Assembly (NCBI RefSeq): GCF_018977255.1
Contig: NW_024704754.1
Coordinates: forward strand, 18,600,001-18,664,000
Direction of reading: 5' to 3'
Length of the DNA: 64,000 nucleotides
Origin: Callorhinchus milii
Lineage: Eukaryota
The first letter of the stretch is position 1. Every line of letters starts with the position of its first letter. Made by a program: the position numbers and the translations under genes. A model generated the notes under the pieces. It was not told the DNA's origin, made no database searches, and saw nothing but the letters and a program-made list of their open reading frames with translations. This document shows, one piece after another, positions 12,984 to 24,466 of the stretch.

Positions 12984-15409
12984 TCAATATCCATTGTCTT
13001 CCTGGCCACGTTCTTTTGCCATATTATTATCAGACATTTTGAGGGTGCTATGGGGTAGGGTCGGAGCATATGTTTTTAGAAACAGAAAATCTGTTTTGGA
13101 TGAATCTGGAGAAACACTGAATCTGTAATTGTAAGATCCGGGGATGGGGACACTGTCTCTAACCCCGGTATAGTTCAGACATTCTTTAGGTGCAGATCTC
13201 CGCATAAAGCTATTCCCTGAATCTCTCATTCTACAACAACAGAAACTACAGTCGTCTCCGTTGTCACTATCTTGGTGGCACTTGATGGCAATAAGCACCA
13301 TGATAGTCAAAAGAAATATAAAGGAAGTTGAGCCCAAGGTGATAATTAAATACAGATTTAAATCAGAAAAATTGTTAGCGTTTTCCAGAACGTTACTACG
13401 TTCAAAGTATTTTTCTGTTACATTGGCCACTATTGAAAATGCGATAGTCACTGTGGCAGAGAGAGTTGGCTGCCCGTTGTCATTTACCGAGATAAGGAGA
13501 TCTTGGGTGGTGGCATCATGGCTCGATACACTGCGGATTAACTTGATTTCTCCAGTTTTGAGTCCCACGCTGATTAGACTGGGATCAGTGGCTTTACGCA
13601 GCTGATATGAAAGCCGTGCGTTCTGACCAGAATCAGCATCAGTCGCCATTACTTTGGTCACCAAGTATCCCGCTGGTGCTGACTGGGGCACTGGACCCAC
13701 GGTTGCTGATCCGTTCCGTGTTACAGGGGAAACCACCGCGGGAGCGTTGTCATTTTGATCCAAGATAATCACATTGACTGCGGCGCTGCTGCTCAGTGAC
13801 GGGGATCCGGAATCCCGCGCCTGAACTTGGATCTGAAAGTGTTTTAGCCGCTCGTAGTCAAAAGAGCGCAGCGCGTAAATGTTCCCACTTTTCGAGTCGA
13901 CGCTGACGTAAGGAAAGGACGTCATTCCCTGTATGGGATTCTCCAGGATGGAATAGGACAAGTGGGAATTCTGGTCTAAATCAGGATCCAAAGCTGTCAC
14001 TGATAGAATGGAGTCACCGGGAGCGTTGTTCTCCATCACATATGCAGTGTATGAGGACTGGTCAAACCGGGGCTCGTTGTCATTGATATCAGAAACTGAC
14101 ACCAGAATTGTTTTATTTGTGGAGAGAGGGGGAGACCCCGAGTCCCAGGCTGTTATAGATACATTGTAGAATTCGACTTTTTCGCGGTCCAACATATTGT
14201 TCGTTACCAATTTATATTGGTTCGTTGGAGATTTCTGCAGTTTAATCGGTAGATGTTGAGGAATCTGACATTGAACCTCTCCATTTTTCCCCGAATCCCT
14301 GTCTGCTACGCTGATCGCAGCAATCACAGTCCCTGGCACCGCATCCTCCCGCACAGTGCTGGATACTGAGGTTAATCTGATCTCAGGAGCGTTATCGTTC
14401 ACATCAATTAGAGTGACAACAACTTTGGAGCGCCCTGTCATGGCGAATGCACCATTATCCACAGCTTGCACATCAAGTTCAAACACGTTTGATTTTTCAT
14501 AGTCCAATATGCCTTGAACCCTGATATCTCCAGTTTTCGGGTCCAACGTAAATAATTCTTGCTCTTCCTGTGCGGCGTGTTCACTGAACGAGTATCTTAT
14601 CTCAGCATTGGCCCCCTCGTCCAAATCTTAGCTTGAACTTTTGTCACAAACGTACCCCGGGGCGCGTTTTCTACCATACTGACTCTGTATTCCTCACGGT
14701 CAAATTTAGGTACGTTGTCATTTATGTCCAATACATTGATTACAATCTGAGCTGTGCCAGATAGTGCTGGGCTTCCGCCGTCAAAGGCCGTTAGCACAAG
14801 CTGAAAAACAGACCTTCTTTCGCGGTCCAATGGCTTCTCTAAGAACAACTCGGCCACTTTTTTCCCATCCCTCCTGGTCTGCATTTTCAGGCCGAAATTC
14901 TCGTTTGAACTGATCTGATAGGTACTGACTGTGTTAGTCCCCACATCGGGATCTTGCGCCCTCTCGAGAGGGAAGCGCGCTCCTGGTACAATGGACTCTG
15001 CGACTTGTATGGAGAAAGAGCTCTGCGGAAACCTGGGAGAATTGTCATTTAAATCTAAAACCTCCACTTCAAAACCAAACATTTCCAAAGGATATTCTAC
15101 CCTTACCTCGAAGGCAATTGAACACACGGAACTCTGCCCACAGAGCTGTTCTCTGTCTATTCTTTCGTTCACAAATAAAATCCCATTATCCAGATTCATG
15201 GCCAAATACTGTTTGTTGTTATCGGAGAGCAGCCGGCATTTGCGAGTCCTCAGTTTCTGTACCTTCAATCCCAAATCTTCTGCAATATTCCCCACGAAGG
15301 CGCCGTGTTTCAATTCTTCCACAATCGAATACCGAATTTGTGCGGAAAGCAAATCTGAGAATATTATCAGGAAAATGAAAGACGCCCAGCAGCCGAGTCC
15401 ATGCGCCAT
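12984..15409 (-). CDS. Clustered protocadherin V5; one 1-bp frameshift near 14628
   Basis: ORFs 14597..15478 and 12984..14624 join if one A is restored (GCT AAA GAT TTG GAC = AKDLDEGAN). Likely start MAHGLGCW at 15409. 3' half nearly identical to V4. Confidence 0.85.
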
Positions 15410-15649
15410 TTTGGCTGGATTTTTATACAAAAAAGATGCGTAAGCACCAAAACAATTTTGCTGATTTACAAAGCACATTTGTTAATGATTCAAAATACCC
15501 ACATGAGACCGCAGCACTTGGAAACAATCGAACTGAATCGTCCTGAACACTGCTCCACGGCGGAAACGTTTGTCTTCCCTCTGTGATTGTGGTCGGTCTT
15601 TTGTGAGGTTGGAAAAGGGGGTAGATCTCTTGCAGTCTCCAAGCTCCTT

Positions 15650-15691
15650 ATTGGCAGACAGCGACACGAACAGCCTTGACCAATAATTGCA
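15650..15691 (-). promoter_or_regulatory. V5 promoter CSE / double CCAAT
   Basis: ATTGG 15650, CCAAT 15680. Confidence 0.85.
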
Positions 15692-16059
15692 CTAAGCTTT
15701 TCTTAAAGCTGTACTGCGCCAACATCACATCAACAAACCATGATATTTTGGTACTGCCCAATTAAAGTATTGACAAGTACACTTAGACATTAATAAGCTT
15801 GATTCTTTAATATTGTTTTGACAATTGGTAGAACATATTGCATTCTAATGTACGTCACGCTGCTAATCTTCTCTGGTGTCCTGTTGGAAAGAAACTGGTG
15901 GCGTTATAATCCAGCGATTGGCCACTGAAACTCAACCATATTTCAGACAAAAAAACGCTTCTCTGTTCAATGTCGTTTTAAATTATGTTAAATAAAGAAA
16001 GTATGGAACCATATTAATAAGCCTATCATCAGTCTATTTGACCATGAATGATGCTTTAA

Positions 16060-16320
16060 ATGCGCAAAGATTCCACCCTCTTCCGACAAATAAGGCGACC
16101 ATCCAAATTCGGGGAATACGGTTGTAATATTCTCTTTCATCTAATAAAGGTTACAGACATGTCTTGGATCTGGTTATCCAAAACTGAAAAGGGCATTTCC
16201 CCATTCTTGTCCACATTAGGGTGCAAGGTGGTAATTGTACATAATGAGGCAATTGGAGTATTTGTTCTTTGTCACATGCGCTTTACACTGGATGAAGACT
16301 GGATGCATTCATGGACCTCA
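16060..16320 (-). pseudogene. Relic A: decayed protocadherin EC5 fragment
   Basis: Minus-strand translation of ~16150-16235 gives TTLHPNVDKNGEMPFSVLDNQIQDMSV, against ALDPDVDQNGEISYSVVENQIQDVSA in V8-V12. Orphan promoter ~200 bp upstream. Edges approximate. Confidence 0.75.
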
Positions 16321-16499
16321 AAGGACAACAGGTCTCAATTAATTCGGAATGCTCTGATGGTATTTAGTGGACGTTTGCAAACCGGAGCCTCGCTTCAAAA
16401 TAGGGTCAAGGTGCGTTGACGTTAAACATTTTTTTTAAAAAATTCGGTGTTGTCTGGAGTGGTAGGAATCTTGTTTGAGGAAAAACAATTGAAATTCGA

Positions 16500-16580
16500 G
16501 AGATCTCTGGCAGCGTTTCAGTAACTTATTGGCGACACAATGAGTCTCGCCCAATAACTGCATCGTTCGTTGCTTAAAGC
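16500..16580 (-). promoter_or_regulatory. Orphan Pcdh promoter with a 7-bp deletion in the CSE (belongs to relic A)
   Basis: agatctctggcagcgtttcag...ATTGG(16528)cgacacaatgagtctcgcCCAAT(16551)aactgca...ttaaagc; box spacing 18 nt instead of 25. Confidence 0.85.
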
Positions 16581-17851
16581 GACCACAGTGAGTCGCTCGA
16601 TTGTTATACTCTGGAGCCAAAAATACTAAGAGCCAATATGTAATAATTTACTTTCTTTATTAACTTTCTTTTGAAATGTTTATAAACGTTTTACCACCAC
16701 GCAAACGAATAACGCATAGCATTAGGAATGCAAAAAACAGTGAGCTACATTCATAAATATCTTTTTTTCAAACCAGAAGAAAAAACAACACCAGAAATAA
16801 ACTGTTCTGCACATTAGAAAGGTCGACATTGCCTAATATTTATCAACGGTAACATTAATTGTGCGTCAAATGATTTGAGAATATATTGCAAAGTTCCTCT
16901 AAGAACAGCTGTATTCTGTGAATAAAACATGCACTTGTATGATGGGGGCACTGGAATAACCATTTGACATCTGCTCAGAGCAGGAACAGACTGAAGAAAT
17001 AACTAAGAACAATATTACTAACATTTCTAACATATGAACATTAGGAGTTCTGCTTAAAACAAGGTGCTATGTCATTTATATCAAATATAAGCTTGGGCAA
17101 CAATGTAAATTGCTTCCATGTTTCCCAATAGAAAAACAAATTAGGCAATAACAAAGAGCAACGATCCTTCCCAGCATATAAATGCGCTCCTATATTATTT
17201 ACATAACTAAATTTCACGACAAAGAGTTTGTTGGTGAAGAATGATACTACCACTGAAACAAAAAATGTTCCAGTTGATGGTTCTGGATACGTATTGCGCT
17301 TGATTTTGTATGTTACTGTTGGTCTCAAGTATGAAGAAGGAGTCCCAAAGGCAATGACGTTTTTGACAAAAGTATCAGATTGCATTAAAGTTAAAAATTA
17401 GTCATTCGACAATCGTCATTAGGAAATCCAACACTCCAACTGCACCTCAATACTTCGATACGTTTACCCATATACAAGAGAACGTTGGATACATTTTACA
17501 GTTCCCAGAGATATTTCAACAGTATCACAAAGTCATTAACTGTAGATTTTTTTTCAAAACTCCCCCACTGCTACTTGGAATGCATACGATGGTTTACTTT
17601 TATATTGTCAGCATTGAATTTGGGCTTGATGGTCCTTCGGATGTCTGTTAGCCACTCACGGGTAGACAAAGTAATGTGGTATTGGTCAACAAGTCCAGAA
17701 CCAACTCTGTATTCGGAGAATATCAAAGCAAATCACATTGGCATTAAAGACAGGTTACACAAAAGTAGAGATGAATTCAAACAAATAAATCTTTCGCATA
17801 TTACGCAAAATGTGACAAAGCTTTCCAAAAATTATCGCCCACATTATGAAA

Positions 17852-20255
17852 CTACTGCTTAATTCGTGTCTGGCGGTTGTGTTGTTGACACTGACATCGC
17901 TGTAGGGCAAAGTGGCAGTGTAGGGCTTGAGGTACAGAAATTCGCTCTTGGATGACTCTGGAGATAGGCAAATGCGGTAATGGTAAGGTTCAGCTCCAAC
18001 TCCAGAATAATTTACAGATTGATGTGATGCAGGCTTTCGACTAAAGTTATCTTTAGAAATCTCCTGTCCCAAACAACAACAAACTGTGCATCTGTATCCT
18101 CCAGTAATATTTCTGTCTTGTTTACACTTGATGGCAACCAGTAGAATTATAGTGACAAGGAATATCAAGGACGTCGATCCTAAACCCACGATTGCATAAA
18201 GATTTAGATGCGAAAAACGGTCCCGAGTTTTGATTCGGTCACTTAGTTCAGCACAATATCAGTGACATTGGATAGGAGAGAGAAGAGGAGAGTGGCCGTG
18301 CTGGACAGGCTGGGCTGTCCATTGTCCTTCAACAAAATGACCAGACTCTGTGTGGTGGCGTCTTCCTCCAACAATCTTCGCAGTGTTCTGATCTCTCCAG
18401 TGAGCAGCCCCACACTGAACAGACTGGGATCAGTGGCGTCCATCAGCTGATAGGAAAGCCGTGCGTTCTGACCAGAATCTGCATCAGTGCCCAACACCTT
18501 AGTGACTAAATAACCTGGGTATGTTGACCGTAGTGGTATCTCCACTGCTGTGGAGTTGTTCCTTGTTACAGGTGAAACAATAAATGGCGCATTGTCATTT
18601 TGATCCAGGATTATAACATTCACGAATGCAACATTACTCAATGGGGGAAACCCACCATCCTGAGCTTGAACTTTGATCTGGAAATGCTTCAGTTGTTCAT
18701 AGTCAAAGGAGCGCAGTGCGTAAATGTTACCGCTCTTGGAGCTGACACTGATGTAAGCGGTGGCAGACACGTCTTGGATCTGACTCTCCACAACAGAATA
18801 GGAGATTTCCCCGTTCTGCTCCACATCCGGATCTAAAGCGGTCATTGCAAACATGGAGGCCCCGGGAGTGTTGTTCTCCATCAGGTAAACGTTATAGGAA
18901 GATTGCGTGAACTCTGGAGCGTTGTCATTCACATCAGAAACCGTCACCAATATTGTTCTGTTTGCTGAAAGCGGTGGGGTTCCTCCGTCCCAGGCGAGAA
19001 TGGAGATGTTATACGATGATTCTTTCTCTCGATCCAATGTCTCACCCACAACCAACTTGTACTGGTTGTTCGGAGACTTTTGAAGTCCAAATGGGATGTT
19101 CATAGGAACGGTGCAGTGAACTTCTCCGTTTTCTCCAGAATCTCGATCTGTTACACTGATCACAGCCACCACAGTCCCGAGTGTAACATCCTCTGGAACT
19201 ACACGAGATATCGAACGCAATTTTATCTCAGGAGCGTTATCATTCACGTCAATCAGTTTGACAACAACTTTGGCATGACCCGCCATGGGAGTCGTTCCCT
19301 TGTCTGTCGCTTGTACATAAAGCTCATATACATTCGCAACCTCAAAATTCAGAACACTTTGAACTTTTATCTCACCAGTTTCAGAATCCAACTGGAAAAG
19401 CTTTCGCCCTCTATCGGAAGAATGACTGGAAAAGCTATATTTTACCTCAGCATTTGCACCCGAGTCTAAATCGACAGCATTGATTTGTATCACTACGGTC
19501 CCCTTCGGTGTGTTTTCCTGAATGCTCGTTGTGTATGTTTCATGGTCGAAAACAGGTGCATTGTCATTCATGTCTACTACAGTAATACTAATCTCTGCTG
19601 TGCCAGACCGCTGGGGATTTCCACCATCAATGGCCGTCAGGACGAGCTGAAACGCTGATTCCCGTTCGCGATCCAATACCTTCTCCAGCAGCAACTCCAC
19701 AATTTTACTGCCATCATTTCTCGTTTGCACCTTCAAGCTGAAATGCTCATCGGAACTGATCCGGTAATTAATGATGGTGTTCACACCGACGTCAGAATCA
19801 TGCGCGCTCTCGAGAGAGAAGCTTCCGCCTGGCAAAATTGACTCAAACATGTGTAAGGAATATATAGCCCTTGGAAATCTGGGGGAATTGTCATTAATAT
19901 CCACGATCTCTACCTCAATAGGATGCACCTCTAAAGGATTGTCAACCGCTGCTTCAAAGGAAAGGGAACAGGTCGGGCTCTGTCCACACAGCTCTTCTCT
20001 GTCGATTCTTTCATTCACAAATAAAATCCCATTTTCAAAATTTACCTTCAGATACTGACGGCTGTCATCAGAGACCAGTCGGAACTTGCGGACCAGCAAT
20101 TTTTCAACGTTTAATCCTAAATCTCTCACGATATTCCCAACAAAGGCGCCTTGCTCCAGTTCCTCGGGAATCGAGTAGTGAATTTGCCCCGATACCAGGT
20201 CCGACACAAACAACAGCAAAATGAAAGCCGGCCCGCAGCTGAGCGCATTCGCCAT
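17852..20255 (-). CDS. Clustered protocadherin V6; 1-bp frameshifts near 18250 and 17860
   Basis: ORFs 18243..20255 and 17755..18189. Paralogs read gttcaggcac where V6 reads gttcagcac, and tttaaattcg where V6 reads cttaattcg. Restoring both bases gives the subfamily end ...RHEFKQ* at 17852. Confidence 0.85.
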
Positions 20256-20498
20256 TCTTCTGCGATGCGATTTTCTTTGTTCCCAACAGCGATGAGCTTC
20301 CTGTTACATTGCAAAATGTATGTTTTCACGCGTTTAAATACCGACATTAATGTGGAACCTTGAACTCCGCTAGATCTGCCTTTCTGAAGATGGCTCCGCG
20401 GCGCAAACGCAGGGACTGTTGTGGTGTTTCCGCTGCGATTCACTTCAGCCTTTTGTGGTGGGGGAGGGGGTAGATCGCCCCCAACGTCTCGGCTCCTC

Positions 20499-20540
20499 AT
20501 TGGTACACAGCGACACGAAGAGTCCCAACCAATAACTACA
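20499..20540 (-). promoter_or_regulatory. V6 promoter CSE / double CCAAT
   Basis: ATTGG 20499, CCAAT 20529; G-rich box at ~20455-20470. Confidence 0.85.
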
Positions 20541-21056
20541 TTACACTCTTCTTAAAGCTGAACTAAAATTTATTATATCATCGAAAATGTATTCTTCTCA
20601 CGTACTATCAAAATACATGTTGGGGTACACCTGGCTATAATTATTTTATAATTTGAGCTTAATTGTCATACAGTAAATATAACCAGAGAAGACATTTATG
20701 ACCATTGACACTGACATAGTATATGTGAATCTATCAATAGTTGTCATAACTTGTTGATATTCCTGAAACATACAGCTGTCAACTGCTAAATGCATTTTAT
20801 GCCAATGTCAGAATTTTAACATTGAAATAATGACATGCAAATAAACTGTTCCATTTACAATATTTCTGTAAGTCTCTCAAACATGAACAGAATCGACATA
20901 GTTGGAAAACATGAAAAGTGTGAAGCAATATCTGTTTAGGATGAAATTTACCGAAATGCAACTTCAAGGCGGTACAATGGGGATGTTACTGACACGCACA
21001 GGTATGAATAACAAGTTGTTTTTTACGCACCCCCAAATCTATACCAACTTACCATG

Positions 21057-21172
21057 AATAAGAATAACAATAAACCTTGCATTTGATATAGCGATTTTCA
21101 TGTCTTCTCGACGTCTCAAAGCTCTTCACAGAATAGACTGTAAAGTGAATTGACCATATATTTGTAGGCGAT
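21057..21172 (-). mobile_element. SINE 3' tail fragment
   Basis: ccttgcatttgatatagcgattttcatgtc...aaagctcttcacagaa...aagtgaattgac is the reverse complement of 27640-27720; accounts for the ~113 bp longer V6-V7 spacing. Confidence 0.8.
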
Positions 21173-21215
21173 TCTCGTTCAACAGGAGTAAATAAGCATC
21201 ACTCATTTTTACCAA

Positions 21216-23620
21216 CTATTGTTTAAATTCGTGTCTGACGGTTGTGTTGTTGACACTGACATCACTGTAGGGCAATGTGGCAGTGTAGGGTTTGAGGTAT
21301 AGAAATTCGCTCTTGGATGACTCTGGGGATAAGGAAATGCTATAATGGTAAGGTTCAGCTCCAACCCCAGAATAATTTACAGCTTGATGTGGTGCAGGCC
21401 TTCGATTAAAGTTATCATTAGAATATCCCTGAACCAAACAACAACAAACTGTGGAGCTGTAACCTTCTGTAATATTTCTGTCTTGCTTACACTTGATGGC
21501 AACCAGCAGAATTATAGTTACAAGAAATATAAGGGAAGTTGATCCTAAACCGACGACTGCATAAAGATTTAGTTTCGAAAAATATTCCAGATTGTTGGAT
21601 CGGTCACTTGGTTCAGGCACAATATCAGTGACATTGGATAGGAGAGAAAAAAGGAGAGTGGCCGTGCTGGACAGGCTGGGCTGCCCATTGTCCTTCACCA
21701 AAATGACCAGACTCTGTGTGGTGGCGTCTTCCTCCAACAATCTTCGCAGTGTTCTGATCTCTCCAGTGAGCAGCCCCACACTGAACAGACTGGGATCAGT
21801 GGCGTCCATCAGCTGATAGGAAAGACGTGCGTTCTGACCAGAATCTGCATCAGTGCCCAACACCTTAGTGACTAAATAACCTGGGTATGTTGACCGTAGT
21901 GGTATCTCCACTGCTGTGGAGTTGTTCCATGTTACAGGTGAAACAATAAATGGCGCATTGTCGTTTTGATCCAGGATTATAACATTCACGAGGCAACACT
22001 GCTCAATGGGGGAAACCCACCATCCTGAGCTTGAACTTTGATCTGGAAATGCTTCAGTTGTTCGTAGTCAAAGGAGCGCAGCGCGTAAATGTTTCCGCTC
22101 TTGGAGCTGACACTGATGTAAGCGGTGGCAGACACGTCTTGGATCTGGTTCTCCACAACAAAATAGGAGATGTCCCCGTTCTGCCCCACATCCGGATCTA
22201 AAGCGGTCACTGCAAATATGGAGGCCCCGGGAGTGTTGTTCTCCATCAGGTAAACGTTATAGGAAGATTGCGTGAACTCTGGAGCGTTGTCATTCACATC
22301 AGAAACCGACACCAACATAGTTCTGTTTGCTGAAAGCGGTGGCGTTCCTCCGTCCCAGGCGAGAATGGAGATGTTATACGTGGATTCTTTCTCTCGATCC
22401 AATGTCTCACCCACAAGCAACTTGTACTGGTTGTTGGGGGAATTCTGAAGTCTAAATGGGATGTTCATAGGAACCGTGCAGTGAACTTGCCCGTTTTCAT
22501 TAGAATCTCGATCCGATACACTTATCAATGCAACCACCGTACCTGGTGCAGCATTCTCTGGAACTACACGTGATATGGAACTCAGTTTTATCTCAGGAGT
22601 ATTGTCGTTCACATCAGTTACCTTGACAACAACTTTGGCATGTCCCACCATTGGAGGAGAACCGTTGTCTGTGGCTTGTACATAAAGATCATAAACGATT
22701 GATTCCTCATAGTCCAGGACTCCATAAACCTTTATCTTACCAGTTTCCGACTCCAACTTGAAAAGCTCGCGCCCCCTTTCGGAGGAATGCCTGGAAAAGC
22801 TATATTTTACCTCAGCGTTTGTACCTGCGTCTAAATCGACAGCGCTAATTTGTGTCACTGAGGTTCCCTTCAGCGTGTTTTCTGGAATGTTTATTCTGTA
22901 TATGTCATGATCAAAAACAGGTACGTTGTCATTTGTGTCAAGTACAGTAATACTAATCTCAGCTGTGCCAGATCTCTGAGGGTTGCCACCGTCAATGGCT
23001 GTCAGGGTGAGCTGAAACGCTGACTCCAGTTCGCGATCCAAAGCCTTCTCTAACAATAACTCCACAATTTTACTACCGTCGCTTCTCGTCTGCACATTGA
23101 GGCCGAAATAATCGTTAGAACTGATCTGGTAAGTGCTGATTGTGTTCACGCCGACATCAGAATCATGGGCACTCTCCAGAGGAAAGCTTCCTCCCAGCGC
23201 AATTGACTCGAAAATTTGCAAGGGAAATGTATCAGTCGGAAATCTGGGTGAATTATCATTGATATCTAAAACCTCCACTTCAATAGAATGCATTTCCAAA
23301 GGATTGTCGACCGCTGCTTCAAAGGAAAGGGAACAGCTCGGGCTCTGTCCACACAGCTCTTCTCTGTCGATTCTTTCATTCACAAATAAAATCCCATTTT
23401 CAAAATTTACCTTCAGATACTGACGGCTGTCATCAGAGACCAGTCGGAACTTGCGGACCAGCAATTTTTCAACGTTTAATCCTAAATCTCTCACGATATT
23501 CCCAACAAAGGCGCCTTGCTCCAGTTCCTCGGGAATCGAGTAGTGAATTTGCCCCGATACCAGGTCCGACACAAACAACAGCAAAATGAAAGCCGGCCCG
23601 CAGCTGAGCGCATTCGCCAT
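21216..23620 (-). CDS. Clustered protocadherin V7; one 1-bp frameshift near 21991
   Basis: ORFs 21986..23620 and 21216..21989; paralogs read cacgagggcaac where V7 reads cacgaggcaac. Confidence 0.85.
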
Positions 23621-23862
23621 TCTTCTGCCTTGCGATTTTCTTTGTTCCCAAAGCGTTCAGCTTCTTCCTCGATATGAAAATATATGTTTTCACGCATTAA
23701 AATACCGACAATAATGTGAAACCTTGAACTCCGCTAGATCTGCGTTTCTGAAGATGGCTCCGCGGCGCAAACGCAGGGACTGTTGTGGTGTTTCCGCTGA
23801 GAATCATTTCAGGCTTTTGTGGTGGGGGAGGGGGTAGATCGCCCCCAACGTCTCGGCTCCTC

Positions 23863-23904
23863 ATTGGTACACAGCGACACGAAGAGTCCCAACCAATAAC
23901 TACA
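23863..23904 (-). promoter_or_regulatory. V7 promoter CSE / double CCAAT
   Basis: ATTGG 23863, CCAAT 23893; same core as V6. Confidence 0.85.
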
Positions 23905-24466
23905 TTACACTTTTCTTAAAGCTAGACGGAAATTCATTCTATCCTAGAAACGTAATTTTTTTCTCATGTACTATCAAACGTTATGGTGTAGGACACGTGG
24001 CCATAGTTATTTTACAATGGGATCATTATTTCAATCACATAAATGCAACCATAGAAGTCACCTATGAGCATTGACACTGCTACAGTTTTTGTGAACTTAT
24101 CGAGCGTTACTATTCCCGGTCGATATTCCTGAAACAAACGGCTGTCCATTGCTTATTACATTTTATCTTCTGTCAAATATTCAATTTGGAAATAATGGCA
24201 AGCAAATTAATTGTTCCTTTCACAACATCTCTCGGATATTAATAGAGCCCACACAGAATGGAAATCATTGAAAATGTCAGGCAACATTTGTTTAAAATCA
24301 TACTTACTTCACTGATGCGGAGAGTAGACATAATAGGGAGTTTGCTACCACAAAAACAGTTATGATTATCAGGCTGCTCTTTACGCACGCCCAAAACTTA
24401 TACCAAGTTACCATGAATCTGATTTTTGTTCAATACATGTAAATAGCCGTCACTTCCACGACGCAG

